From Meyerozyma guilliermondii (lineage: Eukaryota): DNA of 64,000 nt. Within the stretch, counting starts at the first letter, position 1, and each line of letters opens with the position of its first letter. The stretch is from contig CP128815.1 in assembly GCA_051546255.1 (NCBI GenBank), positions 806,001 through 870,000 on the forward strand. Reading direction: 5' to 3'. The position numbers and the translations under genes were made by a program. Positions 40,637-49,824 of this stretch are shown here, one piece after another. The notes beneath the pieces were generated by a model, which was not told the DNA's origin, did no database searches, and saw only the letters and a list, made by a program, of their open reading frames with translations.

Positions 40637-41401
40637 ATGCCTATCAAACAAGCAATTTTTTCCTCCACTGATGATGCCTCAGATTACCTTGCAAACCTTA
40701 TAGTTCGCAGGATCAATGATTTCTCCCCATCGGCTTCCAAGCCATTTGTTCTCGGACTTCCTACGGGATCATCTCCGGAAGGCGTATACGCTCGGCTTAT
40801 TCAAGCTTATAAGGATAAGAAAATTTCTTTCAAAAATGTGGTGACTTTTAACATGGATGAGTATGTGGGTCTTAAGCCATCAGACCCTCAATCATATCAC
40901 TATTTTATGTTCAACAAGTTCTTCAATCATATCGATATTCCTCGTGAGAACATAAATATTCTCAATGGACTTGCGGAAGATGTGGAAAAGGAGTGTAAGG
41001 ACTACGAAGCCAAAATTCACAAGTTCCCCAGAATCAACTTTTTCATGGGTGGTTTAGGGCCAGAGGGTCATTTGGCATTCAATGAAGCTGGATCTAAAAG
41101 AACTAGTGTTACTAGAGAGGTCACTTTGGTTCAGTCTACCATTGATGCCAACTCGAGATTCTTTGGCAATGATCCATCAAAAGTACCCAAGACTGCCTTA
41201 TCAGTTGGAATCTCCACCATTTTGGATAATACCGATGAAATTGCAATTATTGTTTTGGGACTGGCAAAACACTTTGCTTTGGATAAGACTATAAACGGAA
41301 AGAGAAACGATCCAAAGTACCCATCGTCTTATTTACAAGATCACCATAATGTACTCATTGTTTCAGACACTGGCGCAGCAGGTCTCAAGTCCAAGTTATA
41401 G
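40637..41401 (+). CDS. NAG1: Glucosamine-6-phosphate deaminase
   Basis: LGLPTGSSP, TFNMDEY, GLGPEGHLAFNEAGS. Confidence 0.95.
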   Translation: MPIKQAIFSSTDDASDYLANLIVRRINDFSPSASKPFVLGLPTGSSPEGVYARLIQAYKDKKISFKNVVTFNMDEYVGLKPSDPQSYHYFMFNKFFNHIDIPRENINILNGLAEDVEKECKDYEAKIHKFPRINFFMGGLGPEGHLAFNEAGSKRTSVTREVTLVQSTIDANSRFFGNDPSKVPKTALSVGISTILDNTDEIAIIVLGLAKHFALDKTINGKRNDPKYPSSYLQDHHNVLIVSDTGAAGLKSKL

Positions 41402-41566
41402 AAATTACTAGTGAATAGCCAACAAAATACTGGTTTTTAGCAGTCAATTCATGAATAGATTCGATTTTGTAGCACTTTCTTTAGTATCGATCATGAATAA
41501 TAGCATTCTTTGGTATCAATTATTCATAGATTCTCTTCCTGTAACATTTTCTTTGTATATCATCGT

Positions 41567-43177
41567 TCATTGATTTATGTAGTATGCAGCGCCAATGGCA
41601 GCTCCGATGATGGAACTATTTTCGATGGGCTTGAGGTCAACTTCTAATCCCAAATCCTTGATATCCTTATTTTCGTTCACAAACTTTAATATTTTTTCTC
41701 GGTAAGAGTGAAAGTACATCAAGACCGAGCCCACAAATCCAATATCGACAAATTTGCTGGTGAATGGGCCATTGTGATCTTTCAAAAGCTTTATGAAAGC
41801 AATGATGGAGGATGCAACAATATAAGCTGCACGCTCAATAACGCAGTTTCCAATCGTTTTAATCTTCAACACATCTTCCTCACATACCAGCTGTGAGAGT
41901 GCGTATTGCTTGGTTAACAATTCAGATGCTTTCTTGGTGTCGTTTCCTTCACAAATAGCACACAAGAGCTCTCCAGTGAAGCCCTCGTATGGAATATAAA
42001 GCGATTTCAAAGACTTGCGATCAATCAGGGCAAATAATTCACCATCTTTGATCATATCCACCATCACTAACCGAGTAAGTTCTGGGAGATATCTTCCACT
42101 AGCCATCAATTCTGAAGGCTGGAAAATACTCATGGTATCGGGATCCACCTCCATATGGGGCTTGAAGTTAAGCGAGGCTCTGTGGAAACGATCATCTACG
42201 ATCTTGTCATATGGAGTAGAAAGGTCCTGCAGTAAGTTCATACCAAACATGGACAACTCTGAGTTGAGTAAAACAGCATCCAGGTCTAAAGTCTTTTCGG
42301 AATGAAGCTTGGCGGTGTCTAAAGAGCAGCACATGTTGGCCCCAGTACCCAATACCATTGCTAATTTCATGTAAGCGTCGACGAAGGAACCAGCAGCATA
42401 CACTGCCAACGAGTCGTTGATGATTACTTTCACATCTAAGCTTAAGTCATGTTGGCGCTTCATAGCCGATTCCAAAACTTGCTTCAAATCTTGGTTATAG
42501 ATCTCGGGATCAACCGTATAGCCCTTACTCACATGGACTATTTTTCCTCTATTATGTGATATCAGATCCAATGGAAATGACCAGGTGATCCCCGTATTGA
42601 TTATGGTATTCGGGTCGATGGCAATTAATGACTGGCTGTTGAGCGTTTCGAATATTTTCGATGCAATAAAGTCGAAAAACTTATTGTTGATATTTTTGAA
42701 GGAATCGTTGATTTCCCACTTGTTCTCGATTACAACCTCGATTCTTCCACTTCGGTCCTCTTCATCGTCCAGCAATGGAGCAGCAATATCAATAACAGCT
42801 ACCCTGAGAGTCGAACCGCCGAGATCAATAACCAAGTACAGGCCACATTCGTTTCCAGTAGCCTTGATATTGTAGTTGGGAAGCATGGTAAGTTTAGAAT
42901 TTTCTGCAAGTGCTTCATTGAAATGTGAAAAGATCGTGTCTGAATGGGATGAAAGGTTGTTACTGTTAACATTACTTGCAAAACCGTGGACGGCCAGTGC
43001 AAGAATAACCGATGTTGAAGACAGTTGAGACCCAACTGAAAGAAGCAGATCATCGGTTTCGGAAGCTTCATCAGTTAACACATCTAATGGGGAGTCAGTT
43101 GTAAACTCTTTTGTCACCACTTGGACCTGAGTTTTGGGCAAGTTGAAAGCGTTTGAAATCCGAGTGAATGCAGTCAT
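41567..43177 (-). CDS. HXK1: N-acetylglucosamine kinase (hexokinase family, Candida Hxk1/Nag5)
   Basis: MLP, IDLGGSTLRV, GITWSFPL, INDS, LGTGAN, SSIIGAA; located in the NAG cluster. Confidence 0.88.
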   Translation of the reverse strand: MTAFTRISNAFNLPKTQVQVVTKEFTTDSPLDVLTDEASETDDLLLSVGSQLSSTSVILALAVHGFASNVNSNNLSSHSDTIFSHFNEALAENSKLTMLPNYNIKATGNECGLYLVIDLGGSTLRVAVIDIAAPLLDDEEDRSGRIEVVIENKWEINDSFKNINNKFFDFIASKIFETLNSQSLIAIDPNTIINTGITWSFPLDLISHNRGKIVHVSKGYTVDPEIYNQDLKQVLESAMKRQHDLSLDVKVIINDSLAVYAAGSFVDAYMKLAMVLGTGANMCCSLDTAKLHSEKTLDLDAVLLNSELSMFGMNLLQDLSTPYDKIVDDRFHRASLNFKPHMEVDPDTMSIFQPSELMASGRYLPELTRLVMVDMIKDGELFALIDRKSLKSLYIPYEGFTGELLCAICEGNDTKKASELLTKQYALSQLVCEEDVLKIKTIGNCVIERAAYIVASSIIAFIKLLKDHNGPFTSKFVDIGFVGSVLMYFHSYREKILKFVNENKDIKDLGLEVDLKPIENSSIIGAAIGAAYYINQ

Positions 43178-43486
43178 GATATCTGAATATGGTTGGTATG
43201 GATATCAACAAGATATATTATATGCCAAAGAATGAATGCAACGTTTGCTTGTACAAAATATAGCTTAGGCCCTATATTGGCAAAATACTGTCAATAAATA
43301 ACTTCTCCTATGCACTGTAACCTTTCCCCAGAAGTAACCTGCAACTTTATGTAGCATTCCGAATCCTGCCTAGTTAGTGCGCGGTAGAAGCCTCGCGCCA
43401 ATGTAACCTGAGTTGGGCCACCCTATGTTGCATGTTGCATCGGTCGTGTGCGCTCCAAAGATAATGGGGAAGATGGAAACTCTTGG

Positions 43487-46039
43487 TTACGACCCTTCAC
43501 CTGGTGGGGTTAGATCCAGCATCTCAATTTCTTCTGGTTTATCTTCGGTGATCCCGGCCATTTTCGACAATCTCTTGGCATGCTCTTGAGGTTGCTCATC
43601 TATGAACTCTTTGAGTTTCTGTTTGGCGATAACTAGACATTCATCAAACATCCGTTGCACCACAACCATAGCAGGTTTTAAAAGGTTCAAATGGTACAAA
43701 ACATAGGTTCCAGCTCCCAACATCAAAAGTAATGTGAAAAAGAATGGATTTCTCAATACCGCCATGAACTCATTCCACCCAAGCACAAGTATCACAATGT
43801 AGATGTAATATGGAATGTGGGTGACATGTTGTATGAGAGCACGTTTGGATTCAACAAACGTAGCATCGGTTTCCTTTTTGAATTTGGAAAGAACCAGCGC
43901 TTTATCCGTCTCAGAAATTGCCTCTGCAAAACACTTGGGTTCATTTTCATCTTCATCTTCCTCGTCCGTATCCAGTTCGACATCTTCATCCTTCAAGTCT
44001 ACTTCCCCAGTAGTGTCAAATGCAGCTCCCAACTTCTTTTGAAGTCTCTTGTCCCTAACATCGTATTTCGGAACAATTGTAGTTCCATCCGAAAGCGTAG
44101 CCAATGTAAGAATAGGTAATGCTTTAAGGGCATGCTCTTTCGCAGCCGTGAAATTGAGTTCTAGTTCATGAGAATTCTGGTACAATCTGGGAATACCATT
44201 TTCGTCGTAACGAAACTTATCTTCAAATCTGTCTTTCAAGATGATAACAAGGTTATCCTTAGAAATAAGTTTGCGCATTTGTAAATGGAGAAGACTCCAA
44301 GCCCTGAATTGGAACTTTTCGAGAGCACGCTCATTCACAGATGCAGATGTTCCTAATCCAAAGTCTACTCCTGTAGCCGTCTCATACTTGGAATAGAAGT
44401 ATTCATCCTGTGCACCTTTGAATTTCTCGAGGACACGGTCCCATGTGGATTCGGAAGGTTCACTTATCTCTTGGGTAATTGCCTTAGCAACAGCGGATTC
44501 CACCTTTTTAAGACTCTTTGCGAGAATTGAGTTCAATTCAACAAATCTCTGCTTCAGAAGAATACTGTCAAGCTTACGAGTGAAGCTTGTGACGTGCTTG
44601 GCATGATCGAGGGACCCGTTTAATGTAATACAAGAACAGTTCTTGAGGAACTGGTGTACAATATCTTTGCGTAATGCTTCAGTTGCAAGAGCGAAAGAAA
44701 CATCCTTTGGAAGCTTCTTTGATGATAAAGATGACGCAAATTTGGCTGAAAGCTTCAGCACCATGTGGGCACCATGCTGGTCTACCAAGTCTTGATAAAC
44801 GTCAGTTATCTTCTGTTCTAAAGTCTTTCTCTTTTGAAGATAAACAGATTGATTGTAACGGGAGGCCATCATGTCGTAGTTTTCCAAGGTATCTTCTTTA
44901 AGGTCACCAAGGGAGCCACCAAGTTCCTCATAATCAACTTCTTCCTTTATATCGGTGGGTGCATATTTGGCATGGCGTTCTTCAAACTTTGAACGGAACT
45001 CCTCAAAAACAGAAGTGAGAATTTCATCACACTTGAATTTGGCAACAAGGATCTGCTGGGTAGGTAAGTCCAAATCCTTGTTCTTGTCGATTTGATCCCA
45101 ACAATTTTCAGCGTACATTGTCCAGCCATCAATTGGTATGTCGTGATGGTAATACTTCTTAAACAAGAAGTCTTCGTTTTTATGATCGGTAAATCTGTCA
45201 CCAAGAAGCTGTACATCAGTTGTAAATTCTCCCGGTTGAAGAATTTTGTGTCTCAATGTGTGGAACTGTATATCAAAGAAATCGGAGAATTGGAGGTGGG
45301 CGAGCTCTTGAGGCTTGCTCAAACTATCCCACATCTTAATGAGATCCTGAGTGACGGTTGCTGCCAAGCTCTCTTTGCTGGTGGTACCTATGTGATCTCT
45401 TATGACAAACAATAAAAGCACCTTGTGTTCATTCATCTCCAATTTGGTACGTCCAAACAAAGACAAGTTTACTTCAAACACCGTCTTCAAAAGTCCCATG
45501 TTGGCACCCTGGTATAAACCAATTTGATGTTCCCATACATTGATGATCAAAACTTCTGAAGTCGACAAAGCGAAAAGAGCAGCTTTTCTCTCAAAGTCCT
45601 GATCTTCTCCTCTCTCTCTTCCATCAGTTCCCTCTACGTCCATCACAAAGATGTTCTCTCCCCCTTTACTTGGCACAGGACCTTGCGATGTAGTGATTAT
45701 ACTGGAATAAGCCATCCATATGCCCTTTGTGGTCTGCAGACGATTCGACTCGTCCATCACATCAAAGTTGGTGTTGAAAAGGCGATTCAACAACGTGGAC
45801 TTTCCGGTCGATTGGGAGCCGAAAACTGATACAATATGGTAATTATTGTTCACTTCAGAAGCCGGCGTCGCTTTGCGCACATAGTCGAGAATCAAGCTGT
45901 TGAATTCCTTGGCTTCGCTGACAACCTGGACTGCATCTTGGAGCTGATTCTTGTCGATTGGAACGAAGGAAGACGACGACGAAGTCGGCGACACCGAAAT
46001 TTCCTCAGATCCCAAATCTGGTGGTGGTAGATCTGACAT
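43487..46039 (-). CDS. SEY1: Dynamin-like ER fusion GTPase (atlastin/RHD3 family; NAG6 in C. albicans)
   Basis: GSQSTGKST, DVEGTDGRERGEDQDFERK, C-terminal TM hairpin LGWNEF. ATG at 46039. Confidence 0.95.
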   Translation of the reverse strand: MSDLPPPDLGSEEISVSPTSSSSSFVPIDKNQLQDAVQVVSEAKEFNSLILDYVRKATPASEVNNNYHIVSVFGSQSTGKSTLLNRLFNTNFDVMDESNRLQTTKGIWMAYSSIITTSQGPVPSKGGENIFVMDVEGTDGRERGEDQDFERKAALFALSTSEVLIINVWEHQIGLYQGANMGLLKTVFEVNLSLFGRTKLEMNEHKVLLLFVIRDHIGTTSKESLAATVTQDLIKMWDSLSKPQELAHLQFSDFFDIQFHTLRHKILQPGEFTTDVQLLGDRFTDHKNEDFLFKKYYHHDIPIDGWTMYAENCWDQIDKNKDLDLPTQQILVAKFKCDEILTSVFEEFRSKFEERHAKYAPTDIKEEVDYEELGGSLGDLKEDTLENYDMMASRYNQSVYLQKRKTLEQKITDVYQDLVDQHGAHMVLKLSAKFASSLSSKKLPKDVSFALATEALRKDIVHQFLKNCSCITLNGSLDHAKHVTSFTRKLDSILLKQRFVELNSILAKSLKKVESAVAKAITQEISEPSESTWDRVLEKFKGAQDEYFYSKYETATGVDFGLGTSASVNERALEKFQFRAWSLLHLQMRKLISKDNLVIILKDRFEDKFRYDENGIPRLYQNSHELELNFTAAKEHALKALPILTLATLSDGTTIVPKYDVRDKRLQKKLGAAFDTTGEVDLKDEDVELDTDEEDEDENEPKCFAEAISETDKALVLSKFKKETDATFVESKRALIQHVTHIPYYIYIVILVLGWNEFMAVLRNPFFFTLLLMLGAGTYVLYHLNLLKPAMVVVQRMFDECLVIAKQKLKEFIDEQPQEHAKRLSKMAGITEDKPEEIEMLDLTPPGEGS

Positions 46040-46146
46040 TCTTGACGAGCAAAGTTGCACGAGGAAATAAAATCGCGGGGTGCATGTGCCAGACCCATAC
46101 ACCACTATATAGCAAATGGGTGCAAAATAACTATTGACTATGTACA

Positions 46147-48660
46147 TTAGCTGTCTAGTAAGACAGGACGAATTGCTCTTCTCATTCCCAAGTATGTCAT
46201 GTCAAAGACTCCACGGCCTTGGGTAATGGACCGAAGTTTTGAAAGATACCCAACCATGTCTCGCAATGGAGTTTCTGCAACAACTACTTTTTTGTTGGTG
46301 AAATTTACCGCATTTTTACCCGACTTCATGGTATAATCTTGTGGCAAATAGAGATTCTCGGCTTCCTCGTTTGCCCATGCATTGGAATCCATGTTCTCAC
46401 TTTCATCTTCAATCGACGTTATGTGTGCCAGGCATCTGTGGCTAAGATCATGAACAACTTCACCCATTGATCCGGAGTCAACATACACTCTGGTCAGCAT
46501 TATAGGCTCAAGAATGCAGAAGGAAGACTCTGGAAGCTTGCTGAGTGCTTCTCTGACCACCTGTCTACTGGCGTCAAGAAGCATGGATGCTGACACCTCT
46601 TTACCTTCGACAGGAAAATCCCAATGTATAACTCTAACAACTACCGAATGAAGCGGAAGCCCCAATATCGGACCACCCAATTGCAAACCAGTCGTTATAC
46701 CTTGCAAAATAATGTCGTTCAATTCTTCAAGAGAATGTTCAGATTTCCATCGCCTTTCCGAAAGACTCTCATTAATATGAGATGCCGCTGCTTCTGGAGG
46801 TAATTTTACAACATTGTTATCAGTCTCAAGTAGTACCGACCCATTCTCATCCGCATGAGTAGACTCTTCAGCTGGACCATCAATTGCCTCGAGTGATACC
46901 TCCACCTTGACCAAACCATCATTTTTGCTAGCCTTCACAACTTCAAGACTAGGCTTTGATACAGTCTCTTTAAACGACACAGCAACATTGCGCAACCTAA
47001 TCTTTGCCTTCATATCATTGATCAAGCGGTCTCTGACTATTTCAAGGTGCAATTCTCCCATGCCACTTAAAATAGTTTGGCCCAATTCTTCATCGACATT
47101 TACATTCAACGAAGGATCCTCTCTTATCAAAGTGTTAATACACTCGTTCATGTACCTGGCATCACCGGCAGTGAGAGGCTCGATACTGGAATTGAAAAGA
47201 GGTGGTGGTATTTCAATTGGTAAAAGTTTGATGCTCGTTTCAAGATCAGTGAAATTGCGCTTCACTGGACCATGCGATACCAAAGTATCACCAGTTATAA
47301 CGTCATTTTCAGTTCCAGTAATTACACCGATGTTTCCAGAACTAATCTGTGAAACTGGTTCTGGAGTGTCACCATGCATTAATAACACTTTATTCAAGTG
47401 GAGTTTCTTTCCCGTACGAGTATTAACAACCGTCGTATTGGATGTCAACGACCCGGAATATACCCTGAAGAACGTCATGACTCCTCTTGTAGCGTGTGTC
47501 ATCACCTTGAACGCTAAGGCAACCGTTAGTTGGGGGTTCTTGTTAACAATAAGCCCTTTTTTTGGATTCATTTCTATTGGTACGGAGGAAACTTTTGAAT
47601 TTTTCTTTTGTTTTTGCTTTTTTGACACTTTTGATGTTGAAGCGGTGATCTCTGGAACGGGTGTTTGAAGAGGTGATGGTAAGTAGTCTACCACCCCATC
47701 TAAAAGTGGTTGTACTGCTATCTTGCGAAATGCAGAACCACAGAATACCGGTGTAACTTGGTTTGAAATGCATGCTTTTCTAATAGCCAGCTTGAGAATC
47801 GACGAAGGTATCTTCATGTAATCCTCGTCGCATTCCAAGAAGGCGTCAACAACTGTTTCTTCGATGCCGCCCAACGTTTCCACCATTGACTCACGGCACT
47901 TTAATGCTTCCATATATGCTTCTTGGTGGCTTTCTTTAGCCTCTTGAAGGTCTATCACAGTGATATCTCGACCATTGGGATCCTCGTCAATGTTCCATTT
48001 TAGTATCTTGTTGTGAAGAATATCGATTACTCCCACAAACACTGCATCATCTTTCAGCATTTCAAAGTATGGAATATTGCACAAGACCACTTTGGTTTGA
48101 AGTTTTTGCACCACTTCTTTCACTGTTCGACTGAAGCCAGCCCCCGGGCGATCCATTTTGTTCACAAATGCTATTCGAGGAATCTTCAATGCCTGAGCTT
48201 GTTTCCATACTTTTTCGGTCTGTGCCTCGACTCCAGCCACTGCATCCAAAATCGTCACACATCCATCAAGCACGCGGAGCGATCTAATCACTTCAAACGT
48301 AAAATCAGCGTGACCTGGAGTATCAATGATATTGATCTTATTATTGTTCCATGGAATGGTAATAGCCGCCAGTTGAATTGTAATACCTCTCAGTCTCTCA
48401 GATGGTAAATAGTCGGTGACGGTATCTCCCTGATCAACATCTCCCATTGTGGTTGTCTTTCCACTATAAAAAAGCATTCTTTCGGTGGTTGTAGTTTTTC
48501 CAGCATCAATATGGGCGATGATTCCTATATTTCTAGTATTCAAAGAGGATACTTGATTGAGTTTTGGTTCAGCAAGTTGCCTCGTGGACATCAGGAACCC
48601 TTTTCTAGCTATGAAAGGAACCCAAATGGGAACCTTTGTCCTAGCATTGATGCTAAACAT
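46147..48660 (-). CDS. MEF2: Mitochondrial ribosome-releasing factor 2 (EF-G2mt)
   Basis: RNIGIIAHIDAGKTT, DTPGH, NKMD, SGMGELHLEI, LRSITQGRG. First ATG at 48660. Confidence 0.9.
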   Translation of the reverse strand: MFSINARTKVPIWVPFIARKGFLMSTRQLAEPKLNQVSSLNTRNIGIIAHIDAGKTTTTERMLFYSGKTTTMGDVDQGDTVTDYLPSERLRGITIQLAAITIPWNNNKINIIDTPGHADFTFEVIRSLRVLDGCVTILDAVAGVEAQTEKVWKQAQALKIPRIAFVNKMDRPGAGFSRTVKEVVQKLQTKVVLCNIPYFEMLKDDAVFVGVIDILHNKILKWNIDEDPNGRDITVIDLQEAKESHQEAYMEALKCRESMVETLGGIEETVVDAFLECDEDYMKIPSSILKLAIRKACISNQVTPVFCGSAFRKIAVQPLLDGVVDYLPSPLQTPVPEITASTSKVSKKQKQKKNSKVSSVPIEMNPKKGLIVNKNPQLTVALAFKVMTHATRGVMTFFRVYSGSLTSNTTVVNTRTGKKLHLNKVLLMHGDTPEPVSQISSGNIGVITGTENDVITGDTLVSHGPVKRNFTDLETSIKLLPIEIPPPLFNSSIEPLTAGDARYMNECINTLIREDPSLNVNVDEELGQTILSGMGELHLEIVRDRLINDMKAKIRLRNVAVSFKETVSKPSLEVVKASKNDGLVKVEVSLEAIDGPAEESTHADENGSVLLETDNNVVKLPPEAAASHINESLSERRWKSEHSLEELNDIILQGITTGLQLGGPILGLPLHSVVVRVIHWDFPVEGKEVSASMLLDASRQVVREALSKLPESSFCILEPIMLTRVYVDSGSMGEVVHDLSHRCLAHITSIEDESENMDSNAWANEEAENLYLPQDYTMKSGKNAVNFTNKKVVVAETPLRDMVGYLSKLRSITQGRGVFDMTYLGMRRAIRPVLLDS

Positions 48661-48880
48661 GAAGAAGTTGGTTGTAACCAAAGTTTTAATGAGTGGGTGC
48701 AAGGGTGTCTCGTCAAATTAATGTCGTGTTCTGAGAGAGTTTAATTGTGAAAATTTGAGATTTTGCAATTTTTGAGTGAACTGCAAATATGGAGAGTGGT
48801 GACAACTTATTTTCTGAATCGCGATAGAGGATAGCTACTCACTTTGTGGCCTGTACAGTGTACCTTTTCCATCACAAATC

Positions 48881-48952
48881 GGGCATGTGGTCTAGTGGTA
48901 TGATTCTCGCTTAGGGTGCGGGAGGTCCTGGGTTCAATTCCCAGCCTGCCCC
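48881..48952 (+). tRNA. tRNA-Pro (anticodon AGG), intronless
   Basis: GGGCATGTGGTCTAGTGG A box, anticodon arm CTCGC-TTAGGGT-GCGGG, GGTTCAATTCC B box, downstream T-run terminator. Confidence 0.93.
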
Positions 48953-49227
48953 GATTGTTTTTTTTGCAACAGATTCAAATGTGAAGCAAAGATGGGCTAC
49001 TGAGGAGATGCAAATATAAAGACTAAATATGAGTTCGAGATCGGGTGTTTATAACTTTTAATTCAGTCAGACAGTCAGACATTCGCGACGTTTATTGCGA
49101 TTTCCGCTGCAATGTACTACCAATGCTTTTGTGCCGACCAGGTTATTCAAGATTCATCACTTACAAACGGTTCCTTTCAATGTCTCACCTCGTATAGGGT
49201 TACGCTTGGAATAATTTTAACCGACAA

Positions 49228-49299
49228 GGGCATGTGGTCTAGTGGTATGATTCTCGCTTAGGGTGCGGGAGGTCCTGGGTTCAATTCCCAGCTTGCCCC
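49228..49299 (+). tRNA. tRNA-Pro (anticodon AGG), second copy
   Basis: Identical to the first copy except one acceptor-stem base (CTTGCCC vs CCTGCCC); T-run terminator after 49304. Confidence 0.93.
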
Positions 49300-49824
49300 A
49301 AGTCTTTTTTAATTTTATTAGAACAGCCCTACCAATTCGAAGTCTAATCTAAAAGTAGAGAGTCATTTAGTTAGGCTACATTTGCCAACAGTAATTGACA
49401 TTGTGGCTACAAGCATATCGTTCGTTTCGGGGTTTTCCGCAACTGAGTCATCTGTGGCTTTACACTACTCCAGGTTTACGCACTCTGACAGCCGGCCCGA
49501 GGTTCCGCCGAGAAAGTGCGGCTGTGAAATTTATCGAACAAACTCCAGCCATGAATTACTAGTCGTATAGACCCACAACCAATACCTCATACAGCTTTGA
49601 TAGCTCAAAATTGCTTTTCCTTTTCCCAAACTAAAATCTGTACCTAAACACAGAATTTTTCAGGCTTGATTTTTAAGCATCGCGCGCCGCACCGGTTCAG
49701 CGCCGGTTAAAACGGTTGAGACCCCACCTTCTGAAGATATTTAACTAACGTTTGTTATATATTGAATCTCGCACTCGGGCGATATTGTTGCACTAATATT
49801 GAACCCTCATCTGTAGGAGAAGAA

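Noticed and set aside
41445..41530. Imperfect direct repeat and 9-bp inverted repeat (ATGAATAAT/ATTATTCAT) between the convergent NAG1 and HXK1 genes
   Set aside because: Short and AT-rich, compatible with chance or 3'-end formation signals. It is not a CRISPR array or a MITE.
46907..47668. 253-aa plus-strand ORF inside MEF2
   Set aside because: Antisense shadow of a conserved gene, with a non-ATG start.
48953..49824. Possible LTR or solo-LTR near the tRNA genes
   Set aside because: No convincing TG...CA element with a target-site duplication and no gag/pol remnants. Only a tiny CAGTCAGA tandem near 49064.
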